Below, piece by piece: positions 1 to 17,750 of a DNA stretch of 64,000 bases. Each line of letters starts with the position of its first letter. The first letter of the stretch is position 1. The stretch comes from the human T2T-CHM13v2.0 reference genome, Homo sapiens: assembly GCF_009914755.1 (NCBI RefSeq), contig NC_060929.1; one strand, given 5' to 3'. Under the pieces are notes generated by a model. It made no database searches. It was not told the DNA's origin and saw only the letters and a program-made list of their open reading frames with translations. The translations under genes were made by a program, and so were the position numbers.

Positions 1-199
1 TGAGCCATAAAAGTTTCAAGAGATTAAGGAGAAAGATATTTAAGGACATTCTACTCTGTTTAATTAGCTGTATTCCTGTTAATATTCATCTCTGAGAGAT
101 CTAAGTAAAACTTGAGTGTTGTGTTTAATTACATTTGTTGGCTGGACAATGTTTATTTGGAAGTTACACAATGTAGAAACTGAACCACATCGGATCATA

Positions 200-295
200 C
201 AAGTTGGTGATACACCCGGGTTGATGTTATAAGATGATTAGCATAGTGCTTCTCACAAAATAAGCACTCAAAAATTAAATGGTATTGTCATTATT
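200..295 (+). mobile_element. MIR SINE fragment (3' part)
   Basis: Degenerate match to the MIR tail: ttagcatagtgc...taagcactcaaaaatt...attatt. Confidence 0.5.
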
Positions 296-729
296 CACAA
301 TGTATTTCAAATTTACGAAACTTAGAAACTCCTATTTTTATTATTTTTGTCAGAAGACAGAAGAAACTATCTGCACAAATTCTAAGAAAAGCTACAACAC
401 ATGAACATCAAAGCTCTTTGCTTTCTATAGCTGAAACAAAGAGAAAAAATAAGTAGATTGTGCAGGTTTAATTGTCTAATACAACAAAATAAGTGTGTAG
501 AAGAATAAATGTATTTACCTGGTTCTGAGTGCTGAAAGAAATTAGTCATAAGTCCTCCTTTACATAAGGACTAAACAACATAATGCATAATATCCTTGAC
601 AAAAGTTCTACTTGCAAAAAAGTGCAGAGATGCTTCACATACAGCTATTTATCATACCTCTCCCTTTGAAAGCTTTGAGAGCATAATAGGTTTTCTGAAA
701 AGGCAATTCCTCTGGAATATAACTTTCTG

Positions 730-870
730 GTGATTTGCCTCATCACTGAGATAGATCCTGGGAACATTTTGACCAGTGAGCCTAAACCAGACCTACTGAT
801 TCAGAATCTCCAAGGTTGAGGCCCAGTATTACATATTTTTAGAGTTCCCAAGATGACTCTAACTACCAAA
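730..870. mobile_element. MER5-type hAT-Charlie DNA transposon fragment
   Basis: ccagacctactgattcagaatctcc...ggcccag...agagttcccaagatgactct resembles the MER5A/B core. Confidence 0.55.
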
Positions 871-871
871 C

Positions 872-1310
872 AGTATCAGTGAGACTGCTAGTGGCTCCCC
901 TCAGATCCATTCTCTCCTTTGCACTTATAGGAATAGAACCCTTGATTTCTGCTGCACATCTGGCTACCCAGAATAAGAACTAAATTTCTCAGCCCTGTAT
1001 TTTGTTGCACATCACCATGTGACTAAATTTTATGCAACAGACTGTAATAAGGAGTGATGCCTACCCCCTCTGAACTTGTTGTTACAGGAGAAGCCATGCC
1101 AGTTCATCCCTCCCTCATCCTACTGCTGCTTGACTGATGGTATAAAACCTGGAGCTCTGTCATTTACCGTGAAGAAGGAAATAATAAGCAAGGAAAACAG
1201 AGAGAAAATTATGAATGGCACCTGGTCTCTGGATAAGATCATCCAGATTCTCATGGACATCCCTGGATTGTAAAAGTAGAATCACATTCTTCACATAAAG
1301 AGGATGCTTC
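872..1310 (+). mobile_element. Old MLT1 (J/K-like) MaLR solo LTR
   Basis: aatagaaccc...ggctacccagaataagaactaaatttctcagcc...catgtgactaaattt motifs typical of MLT1J/K. Confidence 0.55.
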
Positions 1311-1656
1311 TCTGGTCTGCCGGAACAATACTGGCCATTTTATCTAAAATCTGTACATAACCTTAGAAAGAGGAATGTTATCACCCATACCTGACTTAGA
1401 ATTTTAAATACAAGAATATCCTCTATTAGAAAATTCTTACTGTCTATTTGAACTCCCATAGTATATCTTTATGAAAGTTGTGTAAGTGTCTTAAAAGGTT
1501 CAGATCAAGGTTGAGATTAGGTGACTTGACCCCAGACTATGTATTTCTATTAAACCAAATGGAATAGAAAGCCAAAATGCAATAAATGTCAAGAGAAATT
1601 TTAAACCACATTTGAGTAGTTTACTATTCAGTAAAGAGATTAAAATTTAAAATTAG

Positions 1657-1725
1657 TGTCTCTCTCTCTCTCTCCTGCTCTCTCTCTCTCCCTCCCTCCC
1701 TCTTGTCTCCTTTCCTCCCCTCTGT
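1657..1725 (+). repeat. (CT)n / CCCT low-complexity tract
   Basis: Directly visible. Confidence 0.9.
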
Positions 1726-4345
1726 TTCTGTGTATTAATGCATCACTCCTATAATTTATAAAGAAAAAAAGCCAACACTTATGGAATATATTTGAAAGGA
1801 TACTTGGAAAATCTTGTCTCACCAGCCTAGGTGAAATCTTGGCTATTTTCTACAGGACAATACCGTCTTCATCTGGAAATGGATGGATTTAATATGAGAA
1901 AATGATGCCTCAAAATATGGCCATTCCATTTCTAAGAGTTAATTTATATTAGTTACACATGGAAGGGGAAAAGTTTGGGTTATTTTTCAAAATTTTTTAA
2001 GTCCTGAGAAATTTGACATGTTTTTTACTTTCTAATGCTTCTATGAGTAAAAGAGGTATCCCAAACTAGAAACAAAAAGTCATCACTGGATGTCACCATT
2101 GTCAATTCTTTTAGGTATGAATGAGGGAGACTGGATAGCAGTGAAGACTGGACCTCAATATATTTGTTTCTAGCACTAACATTCATGATTCCATGATTCA
2201 GCTGAAAGTATAAATTCGAATATGTTTCTTTTAAACTCAAAACAGATGAACAAAAGTAGTCTCATGACATCCCACCAGCCATCATTAAGCTGAATCTTGC
2301 ACATGGGAAGAACAGGTAGTTGCTTAGCTTCCAAGCCCATCTTCACAAAAGTAGGAGTTGAACTGATGCACGGGAATTGAACTCATTGTAATTCTTAGGT
2401 AGGACAAAAAATGGACCTCTCCAGCCTGTGGAAGGTCAGGCATACAACACACAAGATAGTGCCTACAAAGACTTGATATTCACAATGAAAACCAAGTTAA
2501 TTTTCAAGCCTCATGGCAGTGTCCCCTTAGTATTATTTTTGGTCAGATGTCCTCTAACATAAACCAAAATTATTTTATAAATTGCTTTTTTGTGAACTTA
2601 CAAAGAAATAATTTTATTCTAGGTATCAAAGATGTGTATGTGATTTAGCTTACATATTTGAGGAAAACATAGACACTTCATTCAAGGCCTTTCCTTTTTC
2701 CTTTTATATTGAAATTTTAACTTTACTTATGAACTCTCAAAAGCTACATTTAATTATTTCTGGTTTTTTGGATTTTTTTTGGCCACTCAAGGTTCTCTTC
2801 GGCAGGTGGAAATGAAAAAATCTATATCCTATTAAATACTTAAATAGCTAACAAATCGGTGTGGAGAGAGGTGAAATGAAAGAGAGAGCCCAGTTCCAGG
2901 GACTCTGCCATGTAAGTTTCCTACTCCCAGAATAAGGACAAAATAGGAAATGCATTTGAAATTGACTGTCAAGGTTCAGAAAGTGTGGTGGAGACAGATG
3001 TAGTGTAACTCATTTAATATTTACTCAACAGGACAAGTCAAATAATAATTTTTCTGATTAAATTGTAATTTGAAAAATCATTAAAAATAATTTACCGTTA
3101 ATACCAACTACAGAGAGCTTTTATTTTTTCCATGAAACATTGTCAATTGCCTTGGCATTGGCAGCTCTCACTGTGCAAAAAAAGAAAGGAAAAGAAAAGA
3201 AAAAAGTAGTCTTGGAAATGGAGTACCTGTAAAGCCAATCCCAGAGCTATTGGAAATAACTGGGGTTTCACAGGGGAGAGAAGAGAAAGTGAAGGGGGAA
3301 TAGCGCTTTATAAAACCAAGTCAAGCTCACTAAGCTTGACTCCAACAACTCATAAAACAGTTGCCCAACTGATCATTTGATCTACTTCTCTAAAATCTAT
3401 TAATTATTTCTCAGACTCACTTTCCATTCCTACTTTCTCTAGATGTCCAGCTTTAGCATTTGCACACTTGAAATGTTTCTTACAATGTCTCTTGGGTAGT
3501 CTCTTACAAAAAGAGTAAAGTTAATCCAGAATGTTTAACCTAATTTCTTTGAGCAACTAGAAGCAAACAGAATTACTTTACTGTGCTGGGTTTGTAATGC
3601 CTAGAAAAAGATAGCTAAGCCAAAACCTGACATTTAATTAGTGAAAAATGTCACTTTAAGGAAAATTAAACACAGCCCATGGAGTACTGACCCAGAACCT
3701 AGGCAAACGGACTTCTACCCTGATTTTGCCACTCCTTCATTACTACTCAGCAAAAATCACTTTATTTATTTAGGCTTAAGCCTCCTCATCTTGGGAAGAA
3801 ATACTTACTAAAACAAGTATTTCTTAAAGTTGCTTCTACTATAAAATTCTACAAAATAAAAGTAGTTTATTGATTATTAGAAGTGCTTGTGTGTTTATCA
3901 AATAGCTTGATTTTGATACCTCATCAATAAAATTAATCCTAGTACCTTACACTAAAAAGAGCACTTGGATATTCAAATGTTGTAGTGTGGACATTCTTTG
4001 CCACCTCCTCAGTGGGAATCAGGGGTTCACCCCAACCTTTTTCATGACTCTAACATCTAAATGTTCTTGAACATAGGGTCTTGTAAACTTCTTCCGAAAA
4101 ATAAATATTTTGATGAATGGGCTTGACCTTCCCAAGATCCCAGCATATTTCAAAATTTCAAAATAAATAAACATTAATACATTACCTCATTATGAAAGTA
4201 ATGTTTGCTCTGAGAAATTCAGAAAAACAAAAAACTAGCAAGTGAGAACAGTTTTTTCACAATTTTATGACTCAGAGATCCTATTTGCTATTGTTTACCC
4301 CCTCACAATCTTGTAGATGTGTACAAATTAGTTGTGATTTCTGGT

Positions 4346-6582
4346 TATATTAGTCTGTTTTCACATTGCTATAAAGATACTACCCAAGACTAGGTAATTT
4401 ATAAAGGAAAGAGTTTTAATTGACTCATAGTTCTGCGTAACTGGGGAGGCCTCAGGAAACTTATAATCATGGCAAAAGGCAAAGCAGGCACCTTCTTCAC
4501 AAGGCAGCAGGGGAGAGAAGAGAAAGTGAAGGGGGAACAGCACTTTATAAAACCATCAAATCTCATGAGAACTCACTCCCTATCATTAGAACAGGATTGG
4601 GGAAACCACCCCCATGATCCAATCACCTCCCACCAAGTCCCTCCCTTGATATGTGGGGATTACAATTCAAGATGAGATTTGGGTGGGGACACAGAGCAAA
4701 ACCATAGCATTCCACCCATGGCCCCTCCCAAATGCCATGTCCTCACATTTCAAAACACAATCATACCCTCCCAACAGTCTCCCAAAGTTTTTACTTATTC
4801 CAGCATTAATCCAAAAGTTCAAGTCCAATGTCTCATCTCAGACAAACCAAGTCCCTTCTGCCTAGGAGCTTGTAAAATCAAAAGCAAGTTAGTTACTTCC
4901 AAGAAACAATGGAGGTACAGGCATTGAATAAATGCTCCCATTTCAAATGGGAGAAATTGGCCAGAATAAAGGGGCCATCCAAGTCCAAAATCCAGCAGGG
5001 CAGTCATTAAATCTTAAAGCTCCAAAATAATCTCCTTTGACACCATGTCTCACATCTAGGGCACACTGATGCAAAGGGTAGGCTGCCATGGCCTTGGGCA
5101 GCTCTATCTCTGTGACTTTGCAGGGTTCAGCCCCTGCAGCTGCTTTCATGAGCTGGCATTGAGTACCTGTGACTTTTCCAGGCATACAGTGCAATCTGTC
5201 AGTGGATCTGCTATTCTGGGGTCTGGAGGATGGTGGCCCTCCTCTCACAGCTCTTCTAGGCAGTGCCCCACCAAGGATTCTGTGTGGGGACTTCAACCCC
5301 ACATTTCCCTTCTGCACTGCACTAGCAGAGGTTCTCCATGAGGACTCTGCCCCTGCAGCAGACTTCTGCCTGGACATCCAGGCATTTCCACACATCCTCC
5401 AAAATCTAGGTGGAGGCTCCCAAAACTCAATTCTTGAACTCTGCATCCACAGGCCAAACACCACATGGAAGCCACCAAGTCTTGGGTTTGCACCTTCTGA
5501 AGCAGTAGCCTGAGCTGCACCCTGGCTACTTTTAGCCATGGCTAAAGCTGGAGTGGCTGGGACACAGGGCACCAAGTCCCGAGGCTGCACACAGCACATG
5601 TGCCCAAGGTCCTGCCCCCATTTTTTCCTCCTAGACCTCCAAGTCTGTGATGAGAGGGGCTGCCATGAAGGTCTCTGACATGCCCTGGAAACATTTTCCC
5701 CATTGTTTTGGTGATTAACATTCAGCTCCTCATTATTTATGCAAATTTCTGTAGCTGGCTTGGATTTCTCCCGAGAAAATGAGGTTTTCTTTTCTACTGC
5801 ATAGTCAGGCTGCACATTTTCCAAACGTTTATGTTCTGCTTCCCTTTTAAACATAAGTTTCAATTCCAGATCATCTCTCTCTGAAGTTCAAAGTTTCATA
5901 GATTTCTAGAGCAGGGGCAAAATGCCACCAGTCTCTTTGCTAAAACATAGCAAGAGTGACCTTTGCTCCAGTTCCCAAGAAGTTTCTTATCTTCATCTGA
6001 GACCCACCTCAACCTGGACTTCATTGTCCATATCACTATCAACATCTTGGTCAAAACCATTAACAAGTCTCTGGGAAGTTCCAAACTTTGCCACATCTTC
6101 CTGTCTTCTTCTGGACCCTCCAGACTGTTCCAACCTCTGCCTGTTACCCAGTTCCAAAGTTGCTTCCACATTTTCAGGTTATCTTTATAGCAGCACCCCA
6201 ATCTCTGTGGTACCAATTTACTGTATTAGTCCATTTCCACAATGCTATAAAGATACTACCTGAGACTGTGTAATTTATAAACAAAGGAGGTTTAATTGAC
6301 TCACAGTTCCACATGGCTGGGGAAGCCTCAGAAAACTTATAATCATGGCAGAAGGGGAAGCAGGAACATCTTACATGGCAGCAGACAAGAGAAAACATGT
6401 GAAGACGGAACTGTCAAACACTTATAAAACCATCTTGTGAGAACTCACTCTTTATCATGAGAACAGCAATGGGGAAATATGCCCCCATGATCCAATCACC
6501 TCTCCCCACGTTCCTCCCTTGACATGTGGGGATTATGATTCAAGGTGAGATTTTGGTGAGGACACAGAGCCAAACCATATCA
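4346..6582 (-). mobile_element. Full MaLR provirus, MSTA-type: LTR 4346-4709, internal 4710-6221, LTR 6222-6582
   Basis: Both LTRs read t(g/a)tattagtc...aaaccata(t/g)ca on the + strand; MST/THE1 internal sequence between them; 5-bp TSD ctggt at 4341-4345 and 6583-6587. Confidence 0.92.
4943..5863 (-). pseudogene. Remnant of the MaLR internal ORF, 306 codons open
   Basis: Peptide aligns by eye with the THE1-int ORF pieces at 18578-19704 (ENVSRACQR / ENVSRTCQR, SRIEFWEPPPRF / SRIEVWEPPPRF). Confidence 0.75.
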
Positions 6583-7310
6583 CTGGTAAACTCAAAATGT
6601 TATAATACTGATTATAAACATCACATTTCTTTATTGTAAGAATAATATAGACATATTGTATATGGCTTAAAAAGCAAGGGGGAAATTCAAAGAAAAAAAT
6701 AAAAACATCTAAAACCTTATTTAAGAAGATAAACAATTGTCTGCAGAGGAACAGGAAAAGCTCTAGAAAGGGGGTTCATTCTGATCATGTTTAGCCATTG
6801 GCATCCTGATCCCATGCATTGATTACTGTGTGGGAGGAGGGATCATGATCATCATGATGGGCCCACAGATGAGACAGTTCAGCTATGCAGACCTAGCTTC
6901 CAGATGTTTGTAGAACACGAGTCATATTTAAGCATTTATTTTAAAAATTCATGTCTCCTGTTTGTACTTAAGCCCTATCTTCACTTTCACACAGCTGAAT
7001 ATTTGTAATTATCTTCTATGTTTGGCATTCAGCTGCAAAACAATAAAAACACAGGATACACATAAAAAGATGACAGGCATTGGACACACTGGCCTATTTT
7101 TAACTATTGTATGTCTGTATGCATATAGTTTACAAAGCGTGTATTATACTCCATATAATGACCCAACATGGGGTGTTGGAGCTGAGGCTCCTAAAAGGGC
7201 TGTAACGTCAGCTCTACTAACTAATACCATTTGCAATCTTTAGGAAGATGATGTAAATAAAGTTCCTAACTGATGGATAATTTGTCCTCTCAGTAGTCAT
7301 GTCCACATCT

Positions 7311-7805
7311 GTGTCAGACTTTGACTACCACTTGTTTCAGCAGTTCTACAACCACCCACACATTTGGCACCTCCATAGAAGAACTGATGGACCTTAGTAT
7401 AGATTTGCACTCATGGCAAATATTTTTTACAACAACACAGCAAGGCTACACAGCCAAATCGACAAGGCATAGAACACAGCAGACAGAGTCTGGTTACATT
7501 CACATGCAGGCTTCCTATGCTCTCCCAGAAAGGGCCACACAGAGCTCACTGCCCCTCCAACAGTGAAATACAGCAACATATGTATAATGTTTCTGCCAGT
7601 AAAGCCACTGTAGGACTCAGATCTCAAGGTTTTTATATGGGACTGGTCATATAGGCACTCTCTGCATAGCCACAACTACTAAAATTCTAGACTCCCAGAT
7701 TGAAAGCAGGTAGGTGGTCATCCTAAATCTTATTATCTAGGCAGACTGGTAGAGAGGCCTTACCAGCACCATGAACATTTCAAGGTCAAGTTTCCAGATG
7801 CCAGT
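7311..7805. mobile_element. MER21/MER68/MER77-group LTR
   Basis: Motifs gcactcatggc, gactcag...aaggtttttat...ggactggtcatataggcac, aagtttccagatgccag. Confidence 0.6.
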
Positions 7806-8439
7806 TCTGCCTTTTGCTGGCAGTTTTACTTGACCTCTTTTAGATTCCATTTTCTCACTCATTAATTGGGTGATATAACAAGGAATATAGTTGTGAGACC
7901 CCAGTCCTCATGGAGTACGTAGTACAATGCCCAACACATAGCATCTTATGCTAGCCATTATCATTACAGAGTTGAACAAAATTATATTAAATATTACTTT
8001 TAATAAATCAATGTTACAAAACATTTAATATGAGTTTTAAAGATACTGAGAAGAAATGTGCAAGCTCCTTTGGTAATAAAAATAGGTATTATGTTGATTT
8101 ATGCAACTCTATTTGTCTGCAGGTTTAGTGGGGTTTTTTTTGGAAGAAGGTACTTTATTTAACAAAGGCCCTATAACTGTATCCCCACTATTTGAAGGGT
8201 ATAAACATTATGAGCAAGTATTGGAAAAGAGCAACATAGGTAAGTGACTTAAATGATCCTCACATTTTCAAGAGATTTCATTTGAATCATGGTGTGAAGG
8301 TTTGCTTTTCCTAATACTGGGAAAGTAAAAGCAGCAGAATAAAAATGAGCTGAGTAGTTCTGCAAGGTCAGACTGCACCCCTGTACTCATTGGTGTCATA
8401 AATGAGAAAACATGTCTTTTGCTTATTGAATATTTTAAT

Positions 8440-8650
8440 GTGTCAGTTAATTGGCTTTATGCTTTTATTTCATTTAACCCTCACAACAACCATGTGAATT
8501 AGGTATCATTATCTGTACAGATGAGAGAACTGTGACCCAGGAAATCTAGATAGCATGTCTAAGGTAGCCCCAGTAAGAACAGGTCTAGGAATTCAAACTT
8601 GGAAATGTCCAGCTGTGGCCAGGACTCTTCACCACTTTGTCATACTGCTT
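8440..8650 (-). mobile_element. MIR SINE
   Basis: catttaaccctcacaacaaccatgtga..taggtatcattatc..tacagatgagagaactg is the MIR core, antisense. Confidence 0.7.
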
Positions 8651-9077
8651 ATCTGGACCTAAAAGAGCTTTGCATGTCCAAAAGTTCACCCATGCTAATC
8701 ACTCTTTCATGTCGCCTTTACTTGACTCAAAACATTCAAACTGCTGGACAAAGAGGAAAGCAGATTCTTATTAACCCAGAATGTAAGAGTTATTCAAAGG
8801 TTATTTAATTATTATTCTGCTTTTCAATTGACTTCCCCCAAAATAACTTCATACAGATGTGAGATTTTTTAATGCCCTTGCTGCAGCTAGTTTTATATAA
8901 AAAGATTTGAGGTGATCTATTAGGAAGCAAAAATTTTAAACAAACAAAAGATATAAAACACATGCATTTGGGAACCCAGAAAGACCATTTTATCTAGACT
9001 TCCTTTTTCTAGAGAAAGTACATTCTTTGCATTGTTCTCTCCAGAAATTTTGCCTTGATGCTATATTCAAGGTGCAC

Positions 9078-9080
<3 letters not shown>

Positions 9081-9121
<41 letters not shown>
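9081..9121 (+). repeat. (AC)20 microsatellite
   Basis: Directly visible, perfect. Confidence 0.97.
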
Positions 9122-9124
<3 letters not shown>

Positions 9125-9821
9125 TTTAAAAACAAAGAATGCAGGAAATTCAAAGCAGCATAGTCAAAAGCCCCAGGGAACTTTCAGTAAGCCAATGCAT
9201 TCCATGACTACATTTCTGGGTTTTAACAGGAGAAAATGCACAGGACCTAAACCCCTGAGATCAGTGTCTCCATTTCAAGGTCACTTGTGTAATGCAGAAA
9301 AACATCACCCTGTTTTAAACAGTGAAGAAGGAAAAGCAGGACTCAGCATGTCGGGTGTGGAATAGCAGCAACCAAAGAATCTGTTTTCCAAAAATTAAAA
9401 ACAGGAGCATTAACCATGCAGAGAAGTTACAATCTCATATAACTACAACAGTACATCTGGTCTGTGACCTCAAGAAGCTAAACTAATTTCTGACTTAAGG
9501 GAAGTATTGACATATTTCTCAAGCTCTGCACTACACATAGGAACCCATGGGAGCTGAACCATGGAAAATGTTCCAGAAGCTACTAGTTTTAAATAAAAGC
9601 ATCCTAAGAGGCTCCAGGGAGATTTTGGAACTTTTTTTCAAGTGATTAAGTGCTATCAATGTCACATCACAGAAAAATTTTGGGGAAAAAGCCTCTAACA
9701 TGGTCTTCCCCATTACTGTGTTGCTCACTTTTGATTTCTCTTTAGATTATCACCAAAGAATAGTTTTCTAATTAGTGAGAGAGTGCAGGGCTCAAGAAGA
9801 AATTCTAAAATGTTTGGACCA

Positions 9822-10172
9822 CGTATTAGTTCATTTTCACACTGATGATAAAGACACCCAAAACTGGGAACAAAAAGAGGTTCAATTGGACTTACAGTTC
9901 CACATGGCTGGGGAGGCCTCAGAACCATGGTGGGAGGCAAAAGGCACCTCTTATGTGGCGGCAGCAAGAGAAGAATGAGGAAGAAGCAAAGTGGAAACCC
10001 CTGATAAACCCATCAGATCTCATGAGACTTATTCACTATCATGAGAATAGCACAGGAAAGACCAGCCCCCATGATTCAATTACCTCCCCCTGGGTCCCTC
10101 CCACAAAAGGTGAGAATTCTGGGAGATACAATTCAAGTTGAGATTTGGGTGGGGCACAGCCAAACCATATCA
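9822..10172 (-). mobile_element. THE1A-type solo LTR
   Basis: gtattagt...ccaaaccatatca termini; THE1A-like gaatgaggaagaagcaaa..gaaacccctgataaacccatc; near-TSD gacca/ggcca. Confidence 0.88.
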
Positions 10173-10826
10173 GGCCAAGAGAAAAAATAGATGATCAGAT
10201 AGATATATAAATAGAAATATAGACATAAATATAGCTAACACATTCTTCATTACAGTTGAAGGTAAAGACATCCTTCATGTAATATTTATTTCCCTTCAGA
10301 GAAAAGTATATTTAATTTTTAACTCCATAGAGCTGCTACAATCGTTTTTTAACCCATGCCCAAAGTCAAGAACTGTACTTATCTATGGCCTTAGGCAACC
10401 AGCCACTGCCAGATGTGTATAAATGTCCAGACACATAGGAAAACAGGGCCAAAATGGAGAAGCCTTCAGATGAGAGCCAAGAGAGGGGCAATCTCATAGG
10501 CTTTAACATCTTCCTTCTACCATGAATGGATTTGATGTTTCTTGGTGATCATAGGGTGACTATAAGTTCTGGGGTGCTCTAGACCTGTTATCCTGGCCCC
10601 CTATTACTCTCAAAAGTACTCCAGTTCAGATATAGTGTCTTAACCATAGCAATGCTTCAGAAATTGCTATAATGACATATATTATATCTACAGAGGAATA
10701 TGACTACATATGCCCACTATTGCCATCTACAAAGCGTTTCTAAACAAAGATTTGAAACCAGGTAGTGCCTGACTTACCATAGAAGTCCAGTGGCATTTTA
10801 AGTAACTTCAATAAGAACTGACTCTA

Positions 10827-11165
<339 letters not shown>

Positions 11166-11622
11166 TTAATGGTATTATTTATTTGTCTTACGAGTTTTGT
11201 TAGTCTAATTCCTTCTGGATCACAGTAGTTGTAGACCACAGAAATTTCTGCTGTTCAGAAACTGTCATAAAGCAGCACTGATGTTTACTTACTGCCCATC
11301 AATGCTTCTCATGTCAATCTTAAAAGAACCAGTAATTATACTGACTAGTGTGTTAGTTATTCAAAAGAAACAAATATGGTTTCACTTTAGTTCTTCTGTT
11401 TTCTCTTTTGAAGTTGTAGTCAACATATCAGGATTTTTTTTATTAACACTATAATTCTCATTACATTATTTTAACAGCTTTCAAAGTAACATAAGTAATA
11501 GGGCATATAAGAAAAATATTCAGCCTTCTTAAGGCAGAAGAATAAAAGTAGCTAAGATTTGTTGCGTGCTTATTAAATCCTAGGAACTGTTCTAAGTCAT
11601 TTATGCATTAACACTCCTCCTT

Positions 11623-15660
<4,038 letters not shown>

Positions 15661-17179
15661 AATGAGGTTCTTCTGCCTTCCTGTGACCAACTTTCTCTGT
15701 TGCCAGTTAATGCTGGAGCATGAATTATTAATCTATTCACCAATTTTCTCTATTATGAGCTGAGTATGATTAAATACACTCACTTTTTGATGCTATTTTG
15801 AAAAAAATCTAACAGGTGAAATAGATTTGAGAGTGCAGAACAGAGTTGCCAGAGAAAGCTGCAAAGGAACTCTTAAGTTGGCGCTGATGCTGAGTGAAGT
15901 TTGAGTGGGAGGAGAAGACAGAGAACAGAGAAGGGAATGAAGAGTGGAATTAGCTTGGTCTGGGGTGGAGGCAGCAGGGGGACAAAGCATATGCCTTTCT
16001 TCTTGAGCACTGAAGTTCTTGGGAATTAGGCTGCAGCAAGCATTGCCAGTCCCATCTGGCCCACAGCTGCTTCTGGTAATCATCCAGGTTTATCTCCTGC
16101 CAGACCAACAGAATTCCTGATGAGTAGTTGAGCTCAATAGCTCAGTTCCACTTCAAGCTCTGAATCTGGGGTATGCCAATGAATAGCATCTGAACTCCAT
16201 GAGAACCATGGAACTCACTTAGGGCCCAAGCACCCTCTATAACATCTGCATCATATCTCCTAGGAAAGTTTTAGAATAAATTAATATATTTGTATTCCAA
16301 AAACCAGAATAGATTTCTTAGAAGTATCATGCCAGGTATGTTCCAATTATTTCTCATCCCATGTACCAAGCATCCCTATGTTTCTTTGGCAGTTCCAACA
16401 CTCACCACCCAGTGGTGGACCACGAACTGGGACCCAAAAATCATTCCCAGCCAGCTTCTAGACTCAGTTTTGTGAAACAAGTTGATCCCTGGTTTTTCAA
16501 CCACAAAACATATGTTAAAACTTTATTTTATTCCCTGAAACATATTACCAAGTGAAATGAAGCAATGCATATAGTATTTCTAAGGGATAGGTCATTTAAA
16601 AAACATTGCAAATAGTTTACAAAAAAAGTAGGGTGTAAAAAACTTACACCCTACTTACTAAGTAATAAGAGTTACCACCCACACCACTTCCAATATTACT
16701 AAACTTACATGAATACAAACATCTTCCTAGAGTAGATGCACTATTACTCACTGAAGCTGATTTATAATAAAATAAAACATAAGGGAAAGAACGCTGAAAG
16801 AGTCTTGAGTACTATTTTTGGTCCTGCTACAAACTCCTTATACTAATTACCTTGAACATGTTACCCTAACTTCTCTGAACCCTATTTCCCTCATCTATAA
16901 GTGTTAAAAGGAAACTAAAAACACATATGGGTCATTTCCAGGTCTGAAATGTCTAGATTATTGGATCTAGATTGCTTAATTCCCTGGAAACACGTTGTGT
17001 GGATCAACTGGGAACACAAAATCATTTCAGGGACTATAGGAAATCACTATATAAGTATCATTACAAGGTTAAATACACCTATTCTATTAATCTGTGGCTT
17101 GTTTTTCACTAAATCTCCATTTTAATTTGACATTAGTTCTAATCCCAACCTGCTAAACTATAATGAGAAACCCACGTCC

Positions 17180-17750
17180 TTGGTAGCTAATCTCCAAATA
17201 TGGCCCCTAAATGAGCCCTATCTTGCACTGTACACATCTTTATGTAGTCCCCTCCCCTCTCTCCCTGTTTAACCAACAGAATGCATCTGAAATGATGTTC
17301 AGGGACTTCCAGGTCCAGGATATAAGAATCTTTGCACCTTACTCCTTGGAACACTTGCTCTGGGGGAAGCTAGCTGTCATGTAAGAAGTCTGACTATCCT
17401 CAGATCACCATGCTATAAGGAAGCACAAGCTAGCTATGTAAAGAGGACACATGGAAAGAGAAAGATGCCTGACAAGCCCCCATCAGTTCCAGTCATTCCA
17501 AATGAGGCTCCACACATGTAAATAAAGAAGCTTCCTTGCCTATCAGCCCACTCGAGCCTTCAGATGACTGACTCCAGGCCCAATAGCCATCGGACTATAA
17601 CCACAAGAAGACTCAGACGAGAATCACTCAACTGAGCCCAAGCAACCAAGATAACTATGAGATAATAATAAATGTATTTTAACATAACTATAATAATAAG
17701 TGGATGTTTTGAAGTAATTTTTCTTTATGGAGAATAGATCATTCAAACAA
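17180..17750 (+). mobile_element. MLT1H/G-like solo LTR
   Basis: cttggaacacttgctctgggggaagc...catgtaagaagtctgactatcct..gatcaccatgct; end aatagatcattcaaaca. Confidence 0.7.

Noticed and set aside
513-550. Minus-strand 13-nt microexon (tgactaatttctttcag|...|gtaaat)
   Set aside because: Frame-shifting length, branch point very close to the AG, no other support.
2025-2240. 71-aa minus-strand ORF or small exon
   Set aside because: No recognisable protein similarity and a weak donor.
2790-2920. + strand exon cag|GTGG...CAT|gtaagt
   Set aside because: Stops in all three frames; a non-coding exon cannot be supported from sequence alone.
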